A stretch of DNA of 46,803 nt. Origin: Atractiella rhizophila. Lineage: Eukaryota. Below are positions 1 through 12,274 of this stretch, piece after piece. The notes beneath the pieces were generated by a model, which saw only the letters and a program-made list of their open reading frames with translations, did not search any database and had not been told where the DNA came from. Both the position numbers and the translations under genes were made by a program. Position 1 is the first letter of the stretch, and the number at the start of each line of letters is the position of its first letter. The stretch lies in NCBI GenBank assembly GCA_021432655.1, contig MU271544.1, positions 1-46,803 on the forward strand, given 5' to 3'.

Positions 1-797
1 GACGAACACGAGAGCATTATCGAAGCCCACTTGTGGTGAAAGAGAGGAAAACCTTTTGCTTTCCTTAACAGACTGACAATTGGTATACTGCCGAAGGTGC
101 GCACCATCAAGTTGCACTCTCGTACAATGGTTTGGGAGATGTCAAGTTGGTACAGTGGGAACAAGCATGGTAGATAGATGGGTCTGAGGTTAATTTGGCT
201 TTGCGCCAGTCCTGTTACCCAGCAAGCGCGCAATAGCACTGCCAGTCCTTGTTGGGGTGTTAGTGCGTCGACGTTGGACCTCGGCAAAGGCATAGCGGCG
301 CTTGACGCTTGTTACCTTTGTCTACCGAGGGAGATGTCTTTCAACTCCTCACTCTCCTTCATCTGAAGTCTATGGCATCTGACCCTTCCTGCCGAATCCC
401 TAAATTGGTTGTATATAGACTCTTGACTTCCTCGTTAAGAGCGTTTCTGAAATTGTAACCTGAAGAGTCCTCTCAGGGCTCCCGTGTCATGACGAAGGCT
501 TGTACGCTACAGTCCTGTATTATTGTAGAGTGAATAATGTATTGACATCCGTACTTCAATAGTGGACAGACGAAGAGAAGCTTTCGAGAGGCGTAGGCTA
601 GCTCCAATAGCCAGCATCTTCCGACGCTGACCGTGACATAGAAGAGGCTGAAAAACCTGTCGGGTTCACCAATTAACAAATCTCGACTGAAAGCACAACC
701 ATTACAACCGTCGTACCCCCTAGTTGCGCCGCCAGCTGTTGCTCCATCGAAGCAGTCAAACCCTTTGCCGCCCACGTCGAACTGCATCGGAGACGGG

Positions 798-3700
798 ATG
801 ATCGACCCTGACCTGCACAAACGGCTTGTGGATATCAAGAAAGTGAATACCAAAGGTCTCCGCATCCTTTCAATCGACAATGGAGGTGTTTGCGCTTTCT
901 CTTGCCTTTATATGCTCGAGGCCATTATGGAGCAAGTCGCAGATCTCCTTCCTGGGAAGCCAGATCCCGGAACCCTTCGACCATGTCAATTCTTCGACCT
1001 CATCTGCGGTACATCAACTGGAGGGTGGATTGCTTTGATGCTCGGGCGACTGGGCATGACCGTCCGAGAGTGCATGGACGCGTTTAACGAAATCGTAAAG
1101 GGGGTCTTCTGCGAGAAGAGTCTTTGTACAGGCAGCTCACCTGCTTATTCTGACAAAGCCCTTGAAGAAGTGTTCGAGATGATCGTTAGAGATTACATCC
1201 NNNNNNNNNNNNNNNNNNNNNNNNNNNNNNNNNNNNNNNNNNNNNNNNNNNNNNNNNNNNNNNNNNNNNNNNNNNNNNNNNNNNNNNNNNNNNNNNNNNN
1301 NNNNNNNNNNNNNNNNNNNNNNNNNNNNNNNNNNNNNNNNNNNNNNNNNNNNNNNNNNNNNNNNNNNNNNNNNNNNNNNNNNNNNNNNNNNNNNNNNNNN
1401 NNNNNNNNNNNNNNNNNNNNNNNNNNNNNNNNNNNNNNNNNNNNNNNNNNNNNNNNNNNNNNNNNNNNNNNNNNNNNNNNNNNNNNNNNNNNNNNNNNNN
1501 NNNNNNNNNNNNNNNNNNNNNNNNNNNNNNNNNNNNNNNNNNNNNNNNNNNNNNNNNNNNNNNNNNNNNNNNNNNNNNNNNNNNNNNNNNNNNNNNNNNN
1601 NNNNNNNNNNNNNNNNNNNNNNNNNNNNNNNNNNNNNNNNNNNNNNNNNNNNNNNNNNNNNNNNNNNNNNNNNNNNNNNNNNNNNNNNNNNNNNNNNNNN
1701 NNNNNNNNNNNNNNNNNNNNNNNNNNNNNNNNNNNNNNNNNNNNNNNNNNNNNNNNNNNNNNNNNNNNNNNNNNNNNNNNNNNNNNNNNNNNNNNNNNNN
1801 NNNNNNNNNNNNNNNNNNNNNNNNNNNNNNNNNNNNNNNNNNNNNNNNNNNNNNNNNNNNNNNNNNNNNNNNNNNNNNNNNNNNNNNNNNNNNNNNNNNN
1901 NNNNNNNNNNNNNNNNNNNNNNNNNNNNNNNNNNNNNNNNNNNNNNNNNNNNNNNNNNNNNNNNNNNNNNNNNNNNNNNNNNNNNNNNNNNNNNNNNNNN
2001 NNNNNNNNNNNNCGTGGAGAAGCTAGAGGAAGCAAGAAGGTATCGTTTCCGGTGCGCCACCCTCTCCGAGGAAAAGTACTTGACGGTGAGCTACTCCTAC
2101 TCGACGGCCGTCCAGTACTCAGATCTTTGACTCTCCCCGTTTTTTGCGTGTTTCCTACTATCTAAGACGGTGCCGGAAGTAAAGTATTGGGGTAAGGTGG
2201 GTTTATTCGAAAGCAGACAGGCTGTTGTAGGAAGTAGGAAGGTTTGAGCAGGGTAAGCTGTGGGTGGTAGCACAGTTGCAACTTAGCTACCATCGTTACC
2301 GGCTAGGCCGCCGGGACGTAGAGTAAGAAATAAAGAAACAGCTGTGCCCTCGTCAGAAGGGTGTGAAAAACTTCCGGCGGAGCTGGAGTGAACCGAAACT
2401 AGGTTTAAAGTGGCGACCGGCTTACGGTTGTGGATTTCTCTCCTTTGTTTACTGAAGTTAAGGTTGGGGGGTCTAGAAGAAACGGAGAAAGCGTCGCTTT
2501 TTCCTGCCTAATAACAACGGTTGGTCCTGCATGTGCCAGAACAGCTCTCACTGTCCTCCTTTCTTACGGCCAAGGCGTCTACAACGAGAACGTCGCAGAT
2601 GTTATCTCGTGAACCAACGCCTAGGAGGTCGCTTCCCTTGTGACATTCACGCGTTGAGATCCCCGGACGGCGGTTCTGAGGGGTCACCACGTAGCAATCA
2701 TGGGTCTGGCGGGAAATGGGAAATCGACCGTTGCGCTTTCCGTGTTACATGACGAGTGTGTGAAGCCTGCCTTCATAGTTCGAGAAGGAGATTTTCTTGT
2801 CGAGCGACGCTTTTGGGTCCGTTGTGACGCCTTCACTTCCTTCGCCGGCCTTGAGAACCATTTGTGCTCCCGGGTCTTCGCTCTATCGCGCCAGTTTGGT
2901 ATCACGGATTTGATGGCTGTGGCTGAATTTTTTCAAAACAACAAATGTCTTCTCATCCTGGATAATTTTGAGACACCTGCAGATTCAGATTCGGGACGGA
3001 TGCAACATTTCTTTCAGGCTCTCGTTGGCGAAGCAGGAGTTGGTTCTATTCTCGTGCTTGCCATGCGTGGATATCATGCCCCACGAATCGATGTGAAAAG
3101 CGTTGCTTTTGTGCGAGTTGTCGTTGACACACTGAAGGAGGATAAGGCGGCAGCAATGGATACCTTCTGTCATTTCTATGAGGGTGCTCGGGACCCAACA
3201 AATGCAGCCGTCACATCAAAGATTCTATCGTGCTTAGATCACCATCCCCTCTGTATCCGCCTTTTTGCTCTCAGAGCAAAGCATGATCCATCTTCTAGCA
3301 CGGCGTATCTTCTAGAACTTTGGCGCCGCCAAGCCAGTGCAGTTCTTTCAGAAAACACAGATGGTAGAGACGGTACTCCTACACTCGACATGTCACTTGG
3401 ATTTTCTCTCGCTTCTCCAGTTATCAGAGAACAGCCAGGCAGCTTCCTTGCTTTGTCATTTCTGTCGTGGTCTCCAGATGGTCTCCTGCGAGCCGACTTG
3501 AAGGACTTACTCGCTGGAGATTATCGCGCCATTGATGCCATTCTAAATGTTGGACTAGCAGATGACGTACCTACGATGAAGAGAACCTCAAAGCGCCTGC
3601 GTATGCTCGCCCCAGTTCGAAGGCACATCAACGAACTTGTTTTGAAACAACTGCCCCCTTTCCCTCCGCGAGTCCCAGAGTCGCTTCAACCTCTGTCAAA

Positions 3701-5631
3701 TTGCCTACTACTCAAAGCACAAAAAATAGTCCACCAATTCGAAGCGACGAAGCAGCGGGATGCCTTATTCGAATTGAGAGAAGAATATATGAACTTTCGA
3801 CAAGTCGTTTCTGACACTCTGCTGCATATTGTAGAAATGAGGGGGAGTATCGCCGTATTCCTTTTGGAAAACTCGAATACCCTTCTTTACCAGGGGTTCG
3901 ATACAACACAGCTGTTGCGGCGAATTTTAGCCAACGAGGAGTTATCTGCCCCAGTAAGCGCTCGTTTGCGGCTGTACCTGGGAAAGGCACTTGGATTTCG
4001 AGGCTATATTAAGGAAGCCTTAAAAGAGCTGTATGCCTCAATGAGCGACAGCACAGACATCGAAAACAAAGCAGATTGCCTTGAATCTATGGGGAGGATC
4101 GATTTTCAATGCGGGAGGAACGAGGAAGCGCTGCAGCGATTCAAGGAGGCGGAGGAGCTGTACATCTTGACAGGGAGTACACTTGGGAGAGCAAACTGCG
4201 TCCAAGCCATGGGGGATGTCGACTTTCGATGCAGGAGGAACGAGGAAGCGCTGAGGCGATTCAAGGAGGCGGAGGAGCTGTACATCTCGACAGGGAGCAC
4301 ACTTGGGAGAGCAAACTGCGTCCAAGCCATGGGGGATGTCGATTTTCGATGCAGGAGGAACGAGGAAGCGCTGAGGCGATTCAAGGAGGCGGAGGAGCTG
4401 TTCATTTCGACAGGGAGTACATTTGGGAGGGCAAACTGCATCAAATGCATAGGGGATGCCGATTTTCGATGCGGGAGGAACGAGGAAGCGCTGAGGCGAT
4501 TCAAGGAGGCGGAGGAGCTGTACATCTTGACAGGGAGTACACTTGGGAGAGCAAACTGCGTCCAAGCCATGGGGGACGTCGATTTTCGATGCAGGAGGAA
4601 CGAGGAAGCGCTGAGGCGATTCAAGGAGGCGGAGGAGCTGTACATCTTGACAGGGAAGTACACACGGGAGGGCAAACTGCGTCCAAGCCATGGGGGATGT
4701 CGATTTTCGATGCAGGAGGAACGAGGAAGCGCTGAGGCGATTCAAGGAGGCGGAGGAGCTGTACATCTTGACAGGGAGTACACACGGGAGGGCAAACTGC
4801 GTCCAAGCCATGGGGGATGTCGATTTTCGATGCGGGAGGAACGAGGAAGCGCTGAGGCGATTCAAGGAGGCGGAGGAGCTGTTCATCTCGACGGGGAGCA
4901 CACAAGGGAGGGCAAACTGCGTCCAATCCATGGGGAGGATCGATTTTCGATGTGGGAGGAACGAGGAAGCGCTGGAGCGATTCAAGGAGGCGGAGGAGCT
5001 GTTAATCACGACGGGGAGTACACACGGGAGGGCAAACTGCATCAAATGCATAGGGGATGTCGATTTTCGATGCAGGAGGAACGAGGAAGCGCTGAGGCGA
5101 TTCAAGGAGGCGGAGGAGCTGTTCATTTCGACGGGGAGTACATTTGGGAGGGCAAACTGCGTCCAAGCCATGGGGGATGTCGATTTTCGATGCAGGAGGA
5201 ACGAGGAAGCGCTGAGGCGATTCAAGGAGGCGGAGGAGCTGTACATCTTGACAGGGAGTACACTTGGGAGAGCAAACTGTGTCCAAGCCATGGGGGATGT
5301 CGACTTTCGATGCAGGAGGAACGAGGAAGCGCTGAGGCGATTCAAGGAGGCGGAGGAGCTGTACATCTCGACAGGGAGTACACAAGGGAGGGCAAACTGC
5401 ATCAAATGCATAGGGGATGTCGATTTTCGATGCGGGAGGAATGAGGAAGCGCTGGAGCGATTCAAGCAGGCGGAGAGGATCTATCTTGAGACCGGAGATT
5501 TATATGGCAGGTCTTACTGCCTTGGTCGCATCGCGAAGATTGACACAAAGTCTGGGAGAACTGGATGGACCGTTCAAGATGTTATCGTGCGTCATTTTAA
5601 GCTCCTCCTACATTTCTTCGGTAATCATTGA
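798..5631 (+). CDS. Fungal NLR-like protein: patatin-like phospholipase + NB-ARC/STAND NTPase + TPR repeats (interrupted in this assembly by an N-gap, a mirrored block and a 1-nt insertion)
   Basis: Patatin N-half ILSIDNGG...FDLICGTSTGG (ORF 765-1200). Patatin C-half and the YGRTKEIEEV linker are recovered by reading 2664->2013 backwards. Walker A GLAGNGKST, Walker B LLILDNFET, LDHHPL motif (ORF 2700). 40-aa TPR-like repeats run to the stop at 5631. The true start may lie in upstream exons. Confidence 0.85.
1201..2012. other. Assembly gap (812 N)
   Basis: Run of N. Confidence 1.
2013..2664. other. Mirrored (reversed, non-complemented) block encoding the C-terminal half of the patatin domain
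   Basis: Reading + strand letters right to left gives PLELRTYSVPFAGGSATKCSIVDAARATSAEPAFFPPV...NNNP...EAKKIWG...CFLSLGVG...YHRFNV...QTKAYL, a GT..AG intron, then PLPPRGLCYGRTKEIEEV, which joins in frame to 2665 (RTAVLRGHHVAIMGLAGNGKST). A couple of small indels are present. Confidence 0.92.
4071..5520 (+). repeat. 12 tandem 120-bp (40-aa) TPR-like repeats with very high internal identity
   Basis: Unit ANCVQAMGDVDFRCRRNEEALRRFKEAEELYILTGSTLGR starts at 4071, 4191, 4311, 4431, 4551, 4672 ... 5392. An extra A at 4656/4657 shifts the frame. Confidence 0.95.
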
Positions 5632-6059
5632 ACCGGTACAGTTTCATAGGCAAAGGTGACACATGTTGCCAACTGATACAACGAGATCTTCGAAGTTTCT
5701 CATAATTCTACATATTGCTGTATAGACGCTGAGAAAGTTGTGGATGCTGGCGAAATCCTACCTGACTAGCAACTGGTCCACCTAATCTGGTCTATGATCC
5801 TAAATGCAAGGACCCTGTCCTGACCGGAGGACAGACAATGCCTGGATGTGGTGAAGATGATTATCAGCAGACTGGCGTAGACCAAGATGAGGTATAACAG
5901 TTCCCAGCTTTCATTCTACCGTAATACAAAGTAGATAGGTGCGAAACAAGATAACTTGCGTGCTGCTTCTCATATTCGGCAACTTCTGGTGCCTGACGAA
6001 ATTACTCGCAAACAAACATGACTTCAGCACAGTTCAGACGATATCCAAGCTCTCAATCT

Positions 6060-7345
6060 ACCACTACTCATGTCCGCCCTCTTTCTCTTCTCTTCGACCG
6101 TCTCTTTCCTCTCCGTCTCCTCAGAAGGTTTGTCGAACTACCTCATCCCGTCGTTCAGTCTTGAAAGCACTTTAACCTCTTCCTTTCCACCGTTCATCTT
6201 CACCGTTCATCTTCCCCTGATTCCACAACCGCCCCAGCCGTCTTTTCCAGCTCTTCTCCCCTCCAACTCCTCTTCCAACTGCAACACCCTCGCCCTCAAC
6301 CTTCCATTGGCGACCTCGAGCGCATTAAAAGCGCTCCTGCAACTTCGTCGGATCCAAGGTACCCATCAACCTCTCTGAGTGAGAATCCTGGTCCTGCTGC
6401 TGTCGCCGTGCTTCATGCTGAGACCGCCTTGTCGCTTCAGACCCTAAGTCTGGGATGTTCATCTGGTACTTCCTCCGAACTTGATGGTGTGGAAGGTGTC
6501 GGAGACAGACCGCAGGAATTGTTCCTTGAAGTGGATTTGGGCGGAAGAGGACGTGGAACTGGTTTGTAAGGTTGCGTAGAGGACTTTCGCTTCTTTCGTG
6601 GTGGAGGCGCTGAATCCCTCGACCGTTCTTTTGTGGATGCGCTGGTGGGGCGTGAGGAATCGGGGAGGTGGGAGCTAGGGTGTACTTTTTGGAGAAGTAG
6701 AGGGTGTGTAAGTAGACATAAAGCAGTGGATACGCCGGAAGGAGTGGTGGGGAGAGGTAGAGGAGAGATGGGACAAAATATCTGTGTGGAGGAGGTTGCT
6801 ATGTCGATTTCTCCATCTGTCCATCGCCGCTCATTGAGTCAACATACACTAACAGAATGGACGATGCACCCGTCATCTCTGGTTCCATGCCTTTCAATCA
6901 GACATCAATCCACCTCCACCGTGTCTTGCATTTTCTACATCGGTCCTCCAACAATGCCGTCAGCGTCGGCATCGTCCGCGGTTCCTTTCCCTTCGTCGAA
7001 TGCGTGCCCGCCTTTGATAGGGGAGCTCTCATTTAAGCGAGTATCGGGATCAAAATCGACACATCCACCAATCGCCATCTATGAATGAGTTGAGGTACTG
7101 ATCGACGATGTACATGTCCAACAGCGTCCCGGAATTGACTGGCTGGGGAATACGCCTAAACGCGTTGCGTGAGTGGCGTTTCAGGTGGAAACCTGCGGAA
7201 CGGAGGAAGAGTTGGAGGAGGCGGAGGCGAGGGTCAAGCTAGAGAGATTGGAGGAGGTCTGGCGGGAGGGTGGAGAGGGTGACGTTGGCGTTGGGGTTCG
7301 TGTTCGAGAAGAGCCGCTGGCGTTGAGGGTGCCATTGCCCATGCT
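6060..7345 (-). pseudogene. Possible decayed hypothetical gene (Ser/Pro-rich plus coiled-coil fragments)
   Basis: Coding-like minus-strand pieces (MGNGTLNASGSSRTRTPTPTSP..., NALEVANGRLRARVLQLEEELEG) in different frames with stops; no recognisable family. Confidence 0.25.
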
Positions 7346-7995
7346 GTTCCTGATGAATCCTGCATTGGACTTGGCTGAATGCTGGCGGAGAAAGATGTGA
7401 GGATGAGATGTCGAATGTTGTTTCGAAGGGACGCGACGACCTTATCATGCCGCGGCAATTGATTCCGCAACCATAATCAAACCAACTCCTCCTGCGCTGG
7501 GCCAAGCTGGGCCAAACTGGATTAGCTGCTGGCGAAGATTTATAGTCTGGAGAATCTCTGTGCACCGTCTCTGGAAATACCAAGTTTGTACAATTCTACC
7601 TGTGTTATCGCAATCTCTTTTTGGTCTCTGGACTGTTGCCTTCCTGTAGAGGCAAGCAGGATCCTCTATTATCGAGTGATCAGTGCCCAAAATTCTCTCG
7701 GACAGTCGAACTGATTATCTGACCACATTGATCTTTGAACGAGCGATATTGCCATTACAGACCAGTGCCAAATTGCTGCCTCGGTATCTTGTAATGGTTA
7801 CTGCCGGTGATAAATCATCCATCTTCCTCCTGCTTACTAGTATTCCTGTCACTTGACAGGAAAGCATTAGCTCTTCGAGTATCCATGAAAGCGATTCGGT
7901 AACGCTTCCTCCATTATCGATGGCAACGATGACAGACGTCGAAGAATATCAAACCTGAATTCCAACTGAAACTGACTTCCATCCTCTGCACAGGA

Positions 7996-9643
7996 ATGGA
8001 GAACTACACGATCCACTCCTCCCGCGTTCTTCTTCCCTCAACAAACGAACCGATCGAGGCTGTCCTCACGCTCTCCCCCTCCACAGGCAAATTCGTGTCC
8101 ATCACTCGTGGTCCCCCTTCCGCCGACACTTCCATCAATATCGAACTCCACCACGCACTCGTCTTTCCCGGGTTGGTTGACGCGCATGTACACGTTAATG
8201 ATCCTGGACGGACAGAATGGGAGGAGTGGGGAAGGGCGACGGAGGCAGCTGCTGCCGGAGATTCGGCTTTTACTCTATTGCGACACTGCGATGAGTGGAA
8301 TTGAGAATTGTAATAGGTGTGACGACAATTGTGGATATGCCTCTTAATAGCGTTCCTCCGACTACCACGGTGGCTAATTTCAACACCAAGCTTGAAGCGG
8401 CGAAGAAGAGCATCAACGTAGACGTAGCGTTTTGGGGCGGGATCATTCCAACGAACGCCGTACGTCATTCCTTCTTTCTCTTTACTCGTCATTCTTGACA
8501 TATGTTCACGGAGAATAGGAGGACCTCAAACCTCTCATCGAGAAAGGCGTGAAGGGATTCAAGTGTTTTCTCTGTCCTTCAGGCGTGGACGAGTTCCCAT
8601 GTGTGAACGAGAGCGAAGTTCTGCGGGCCATGAAAGAGCTGGACGTGCGTCGTCCTCACATCTATTCTTTTCTCGCTGCTAACAACTCGTAGGGCACTGA
8701 TGTTCCGTTCCTCTTCCATGCAGAACTCGAGCAAAGTGCCTCCTCTCACCAACAAGAAGGAGGACCAGACGACCCAACTGTCTACGATTCCTTCTTAAAA
8801 ACGAGGCCGGACGATATGGAGTATCGAGCCATCGAATTGGTCATTAAATGTTTGAGGCAATACCCAAGAGTGCGAGCGCATATCGTGCACCTTTCCTGTG
8901 CGTTTCATCCTTCCTCTCATTTCCGACATTTCAGCTAAAAGGAGTGCCCAGCTGCCTCTTGTATTCCTTTGCTCCAATCGGCACAGGGAGAAGGACTGAG
9001 AATAACGGTCGAGACGTGCTTCCACTACCTCTGCCTCTCCGCAGATACCATTCCCGACTCCCAAACGCTATACAAATGTTGTCCACCCATCAGAACACAC
9101 GCCGTTCGTCTTTCCTCCATTCTTCCCCCTTTGCCCTCTAAAAGATACCGCAATCAGAATCGGGAAGCGCTTTGGTCCTCTCTCCTTTCCCCAACCGACG
9201 ACAGTCCGATCTCAATGGTCGTATCCGACCACTCACCCTCCACCAGCTCCTTGAAACACCCGTCCTTCCTCTCCGCCTGGGGCGGCATCTCCTCCCTCGG
9301 CCTAGGTCTACCTCTCCTTCTCACCGAACTGTCCGACCGTGCCGGCCCGCGTCGATACGAGCTTGCACGAAAGTGGCTAGCCGAAGAGCCGGCTCGACAT
9401 GCGGGTCTGCAGGGGAGGAAGGGGAGGATCGAGGTTGGGATGGATGCGGATTTGTGCGTTGTGAGGGAGGAGGAGTGGGTTATTGGGAGGGAGCAGCTGA
9501 GGTTTAAGAATGCTCATTCGCCGTATGCGAGCGAGGGGAGGAGGGTTGATGCGAAGGTCGTTAGGACGTTTTTGCGTGGAGTCGAGGTGTATAGGGAGGG
9601 TGAGGGACTGATGGTTCAGGGAGCTGGAAAGACCTTGTTGTGA
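7996..9643 (+). CDS. DAL1: Allantoinase (metal-dependent amidohydrolase), multi-exon
   Basis: [79 protein letters not shown]; about five short introns. Confidence 0.9.
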
Positions 9644-9875
9644 TGAGTAGCGAATCTATCATGATGCAAATGTACTGAATAGAACTCTCATAGCAGAAAC
9701 TTGAATGTGCAGTGCTGTTTCTCATTCTCAAAAGTGTGCTTCTGCCTGATTTTGTGATCGCACCTTGAATGTGAAGTTGCAGGCACGAAGCACGAAGGAG
9801 GATGAGTTTATTTCTAGATTGGAGAGTAAATGAAAACGATGGCACAACTTGACTTTATGAAAGAAGCATCATGCC

Positions 9876-11585
9876 ATGCTAGCAAGTTCGTGGTGGATGG
9901 TTGCGCGGTGGACAGCGCTCGCTGCTCAGCCGGCACACTTTGCTTTTTGCTTCGGTTCTGTGGCTATCCCGACTCCACGCTGTAGTGGTTCATGGACGAT
10001 CACGTTCGCTCAATCATCTAGCCCAGCAAGAAGGCATCTTGCTGCCAATTGGACAAAAACTGACACACCATCGTTCGAGTATCGAGACTACGAATCGAGA
10101 CCCCATTCAGGCGGTGAGAAGATCGTGGAGAGCGGAAATGGGTTCACTTTTGACTTCATTAACTCGCCCGTCAACCTCTTCAACGGAAAGGGTGTGTCTT
10201 CTTCCTTTGGTTTGGAGGTGGGAGAGCTGAAGAGTAGTGTAAAGGTGGAACTTTCACTTTGGCCGATGACAGTGACTACCCAGGAGGCATTGGCAGCGGT
10301 ATGGCCTCTGTCGTCCTCGTGCTCGCAGTGAGTTGTCCTTCCACGTTTCACTCTCATTTCCCTGAAGCTAAAGCTATTATGTGACAGCCATGCGCTATGA
10401 TTCAACCGCATTACCAACCACGAGTGAACGAGATTGGTTACCTGATTTCCGGAGGTCCCATGCGGTGGGCCACTCAGTTCGAGGCTGGAGAACCTCTCGT
10501 CTACGAATTCCTCCAAGTCGGACAAGCTCTTATGGTGTGTTTCACTCTTTCATTCTTCCAGAAGAAAAAGATATTGAAGGGAATTACAGCTGCCCAAGGG
10601 ATCTATGCACTATGGTCTCGTCTTGGGTTGCGACCCTACCCTTGTTGGCCGCTTTCGAGTATGCCATTCCTAAGCTCATATATGACATTGTCAGCTGACG
10701 AAAATGAACAGTGTTGAGTACCTTGGATTCAACTTGGTCACCTTCGCCTTATAGGGTTTCGACGACGAGACCATTGCCGCCTCTGAGGGGACATACGGTG
10801 TCCAACCCGTAGACTGTACGTTTTCCCCTTCTCTTATAAGTGTGGCAGGCGCTAACGTGAGATGGCCTGTAGTCTCCCAGTTGCCGCAACCGCTCAACTT
10901 GGGCGCTCAACAATGTCTCGACCGCGGCGGCATCGACCGTTCCGCCTTCGACGTCGGACAGACCACCAAGCTCCACGCCAAGCGAGTACTTGCCGGCAAC
11001 CTCTCCACTTTCGAGCCTCTGCCAGACCTCGACCTCACCCAGACTACTCGTACCAACCAAGCACCGTATAGCAACTACGGTATCCCTGAAGTAGCCACCG
11101 CAGCCAGGTTAGTATTCTCCTGCCTTCCATCATCACAACCAACTGACGATTCGATTCTGCAACACAGCGGTCCTGGATCCATCTCAGGAGCTTCCACCAT
11201 CGGAAACCTCTCCGGAGTCGACTGCCAGCGGAAGCGGGAACAAGGTCCAAGGCTCCGTTTCTGACCCGATGGCGAACAACGTGAACCACGTCGACCCCTC
11301 CGCCTGGAATGACAGGTCTGACCGGCACCGTCGGGTCCTCCGTCAACGGCGTCCAACGCTCGCTCCGGCACCCTCTCTAGCTTCGCATTCGACAGTAGGA
11401 GCGGAGGAGACTCTTCGGAACTGAAGAGCTACCGGATCGCGACTTACGTCCTCGCCGCCAGCAGCGCTTTCTTCCTTTCTTCGACCATCTTCCTCTTTTA
11501 GGCGGTCAGCAAACAGAGGAAGTCCGGACAGAGGTTGGGTGGAGGAAGTTCGAAGCCTCTCATGACCCAGGCTTTTGATTCGTAA
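9876..11585 (+). pseudogene. Spherulin/germin-like RmlC cupin with C-terminal hydrophobic anchor, probably pseudogenised
   Basis: Spliced reading gives FTFDF..GKGGTFTLA..YPG..G..LAPCAMIQPHYQPRVNEIGYLISG..LPKGSMHY..GC and QCLDRGGID. Apparent in-frame TAG at 10752 and 11499, plus frame changes in the 3' part. Confidence 0.6.
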
Positions 11586-12274
11586 TGTTCGTTATCGTAC
11601 CCTTCCGTGTTTTAATGATGATGGAATGGATTAACATATGCCTTGAACCCCTCCCCTTTGGGACTTTTCGCCTTTTCGGGCGTGACGTGGAGCTGCCACA
11701 GTAATCTGTTAGATGATAGCTTGCCTTCTGGAATGTTGCATCGTTAATGTTTGATTGACATCGATACTTCCAGCTTCCATCATCATGATGGAGTGGCTGC
11801 ATTATTCCTGAGACCATTGAGTTACGTTAAGCGCAAAAGCTGAAATCAGGAAGTTTACTTCCTCTCCGAAATGTGAGAGTAGCGATAGGGGGCCAGGAGA
11901 ACATCTGAGTACGCTGGCATATTAGCCTACTTCTTCTTTCCTAAGTCAACATCCGTATAGTTACCACATCTCGTTCAAACCAGGCAATGACTCGCCGAGG
12001 GACGTCCAAATTGTACATTATAAAAAGTCCAGCACGGTCCAAGCCTGATTTCGCTTTTATTTGTGAACATCACTCTACTTGTACTCCTATCGTGAGCAAT
12101 GATTTTCAGCCTCCAAAGTCATGGTAAATCTACTCTGGAGCGCGGACACCGTGATGGCGCTCCAAAACGAGCTAGTCTGGCCAATGTGATGTGTGAGCCC
12201 TCGTTTCTCGTGCTAATAATCCAGATCAAGACTGACAAGTAGCCCCAGCTCTCAGGAAACGGAAAACTCAGGCT

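Noticed and set aside
1137..2165. ORFs spanning the N-gap, including the C-terminal RGEARGSKK... of ORF 765-2165
   Set aside because: Open only because of Ns, and the tail is mirrored sequence
4038..5465. Long antisense and alternative-frame ORFs over the TPR array
   Set aside because: By-products of a stop-poor 120-bp unit repeated in tandem
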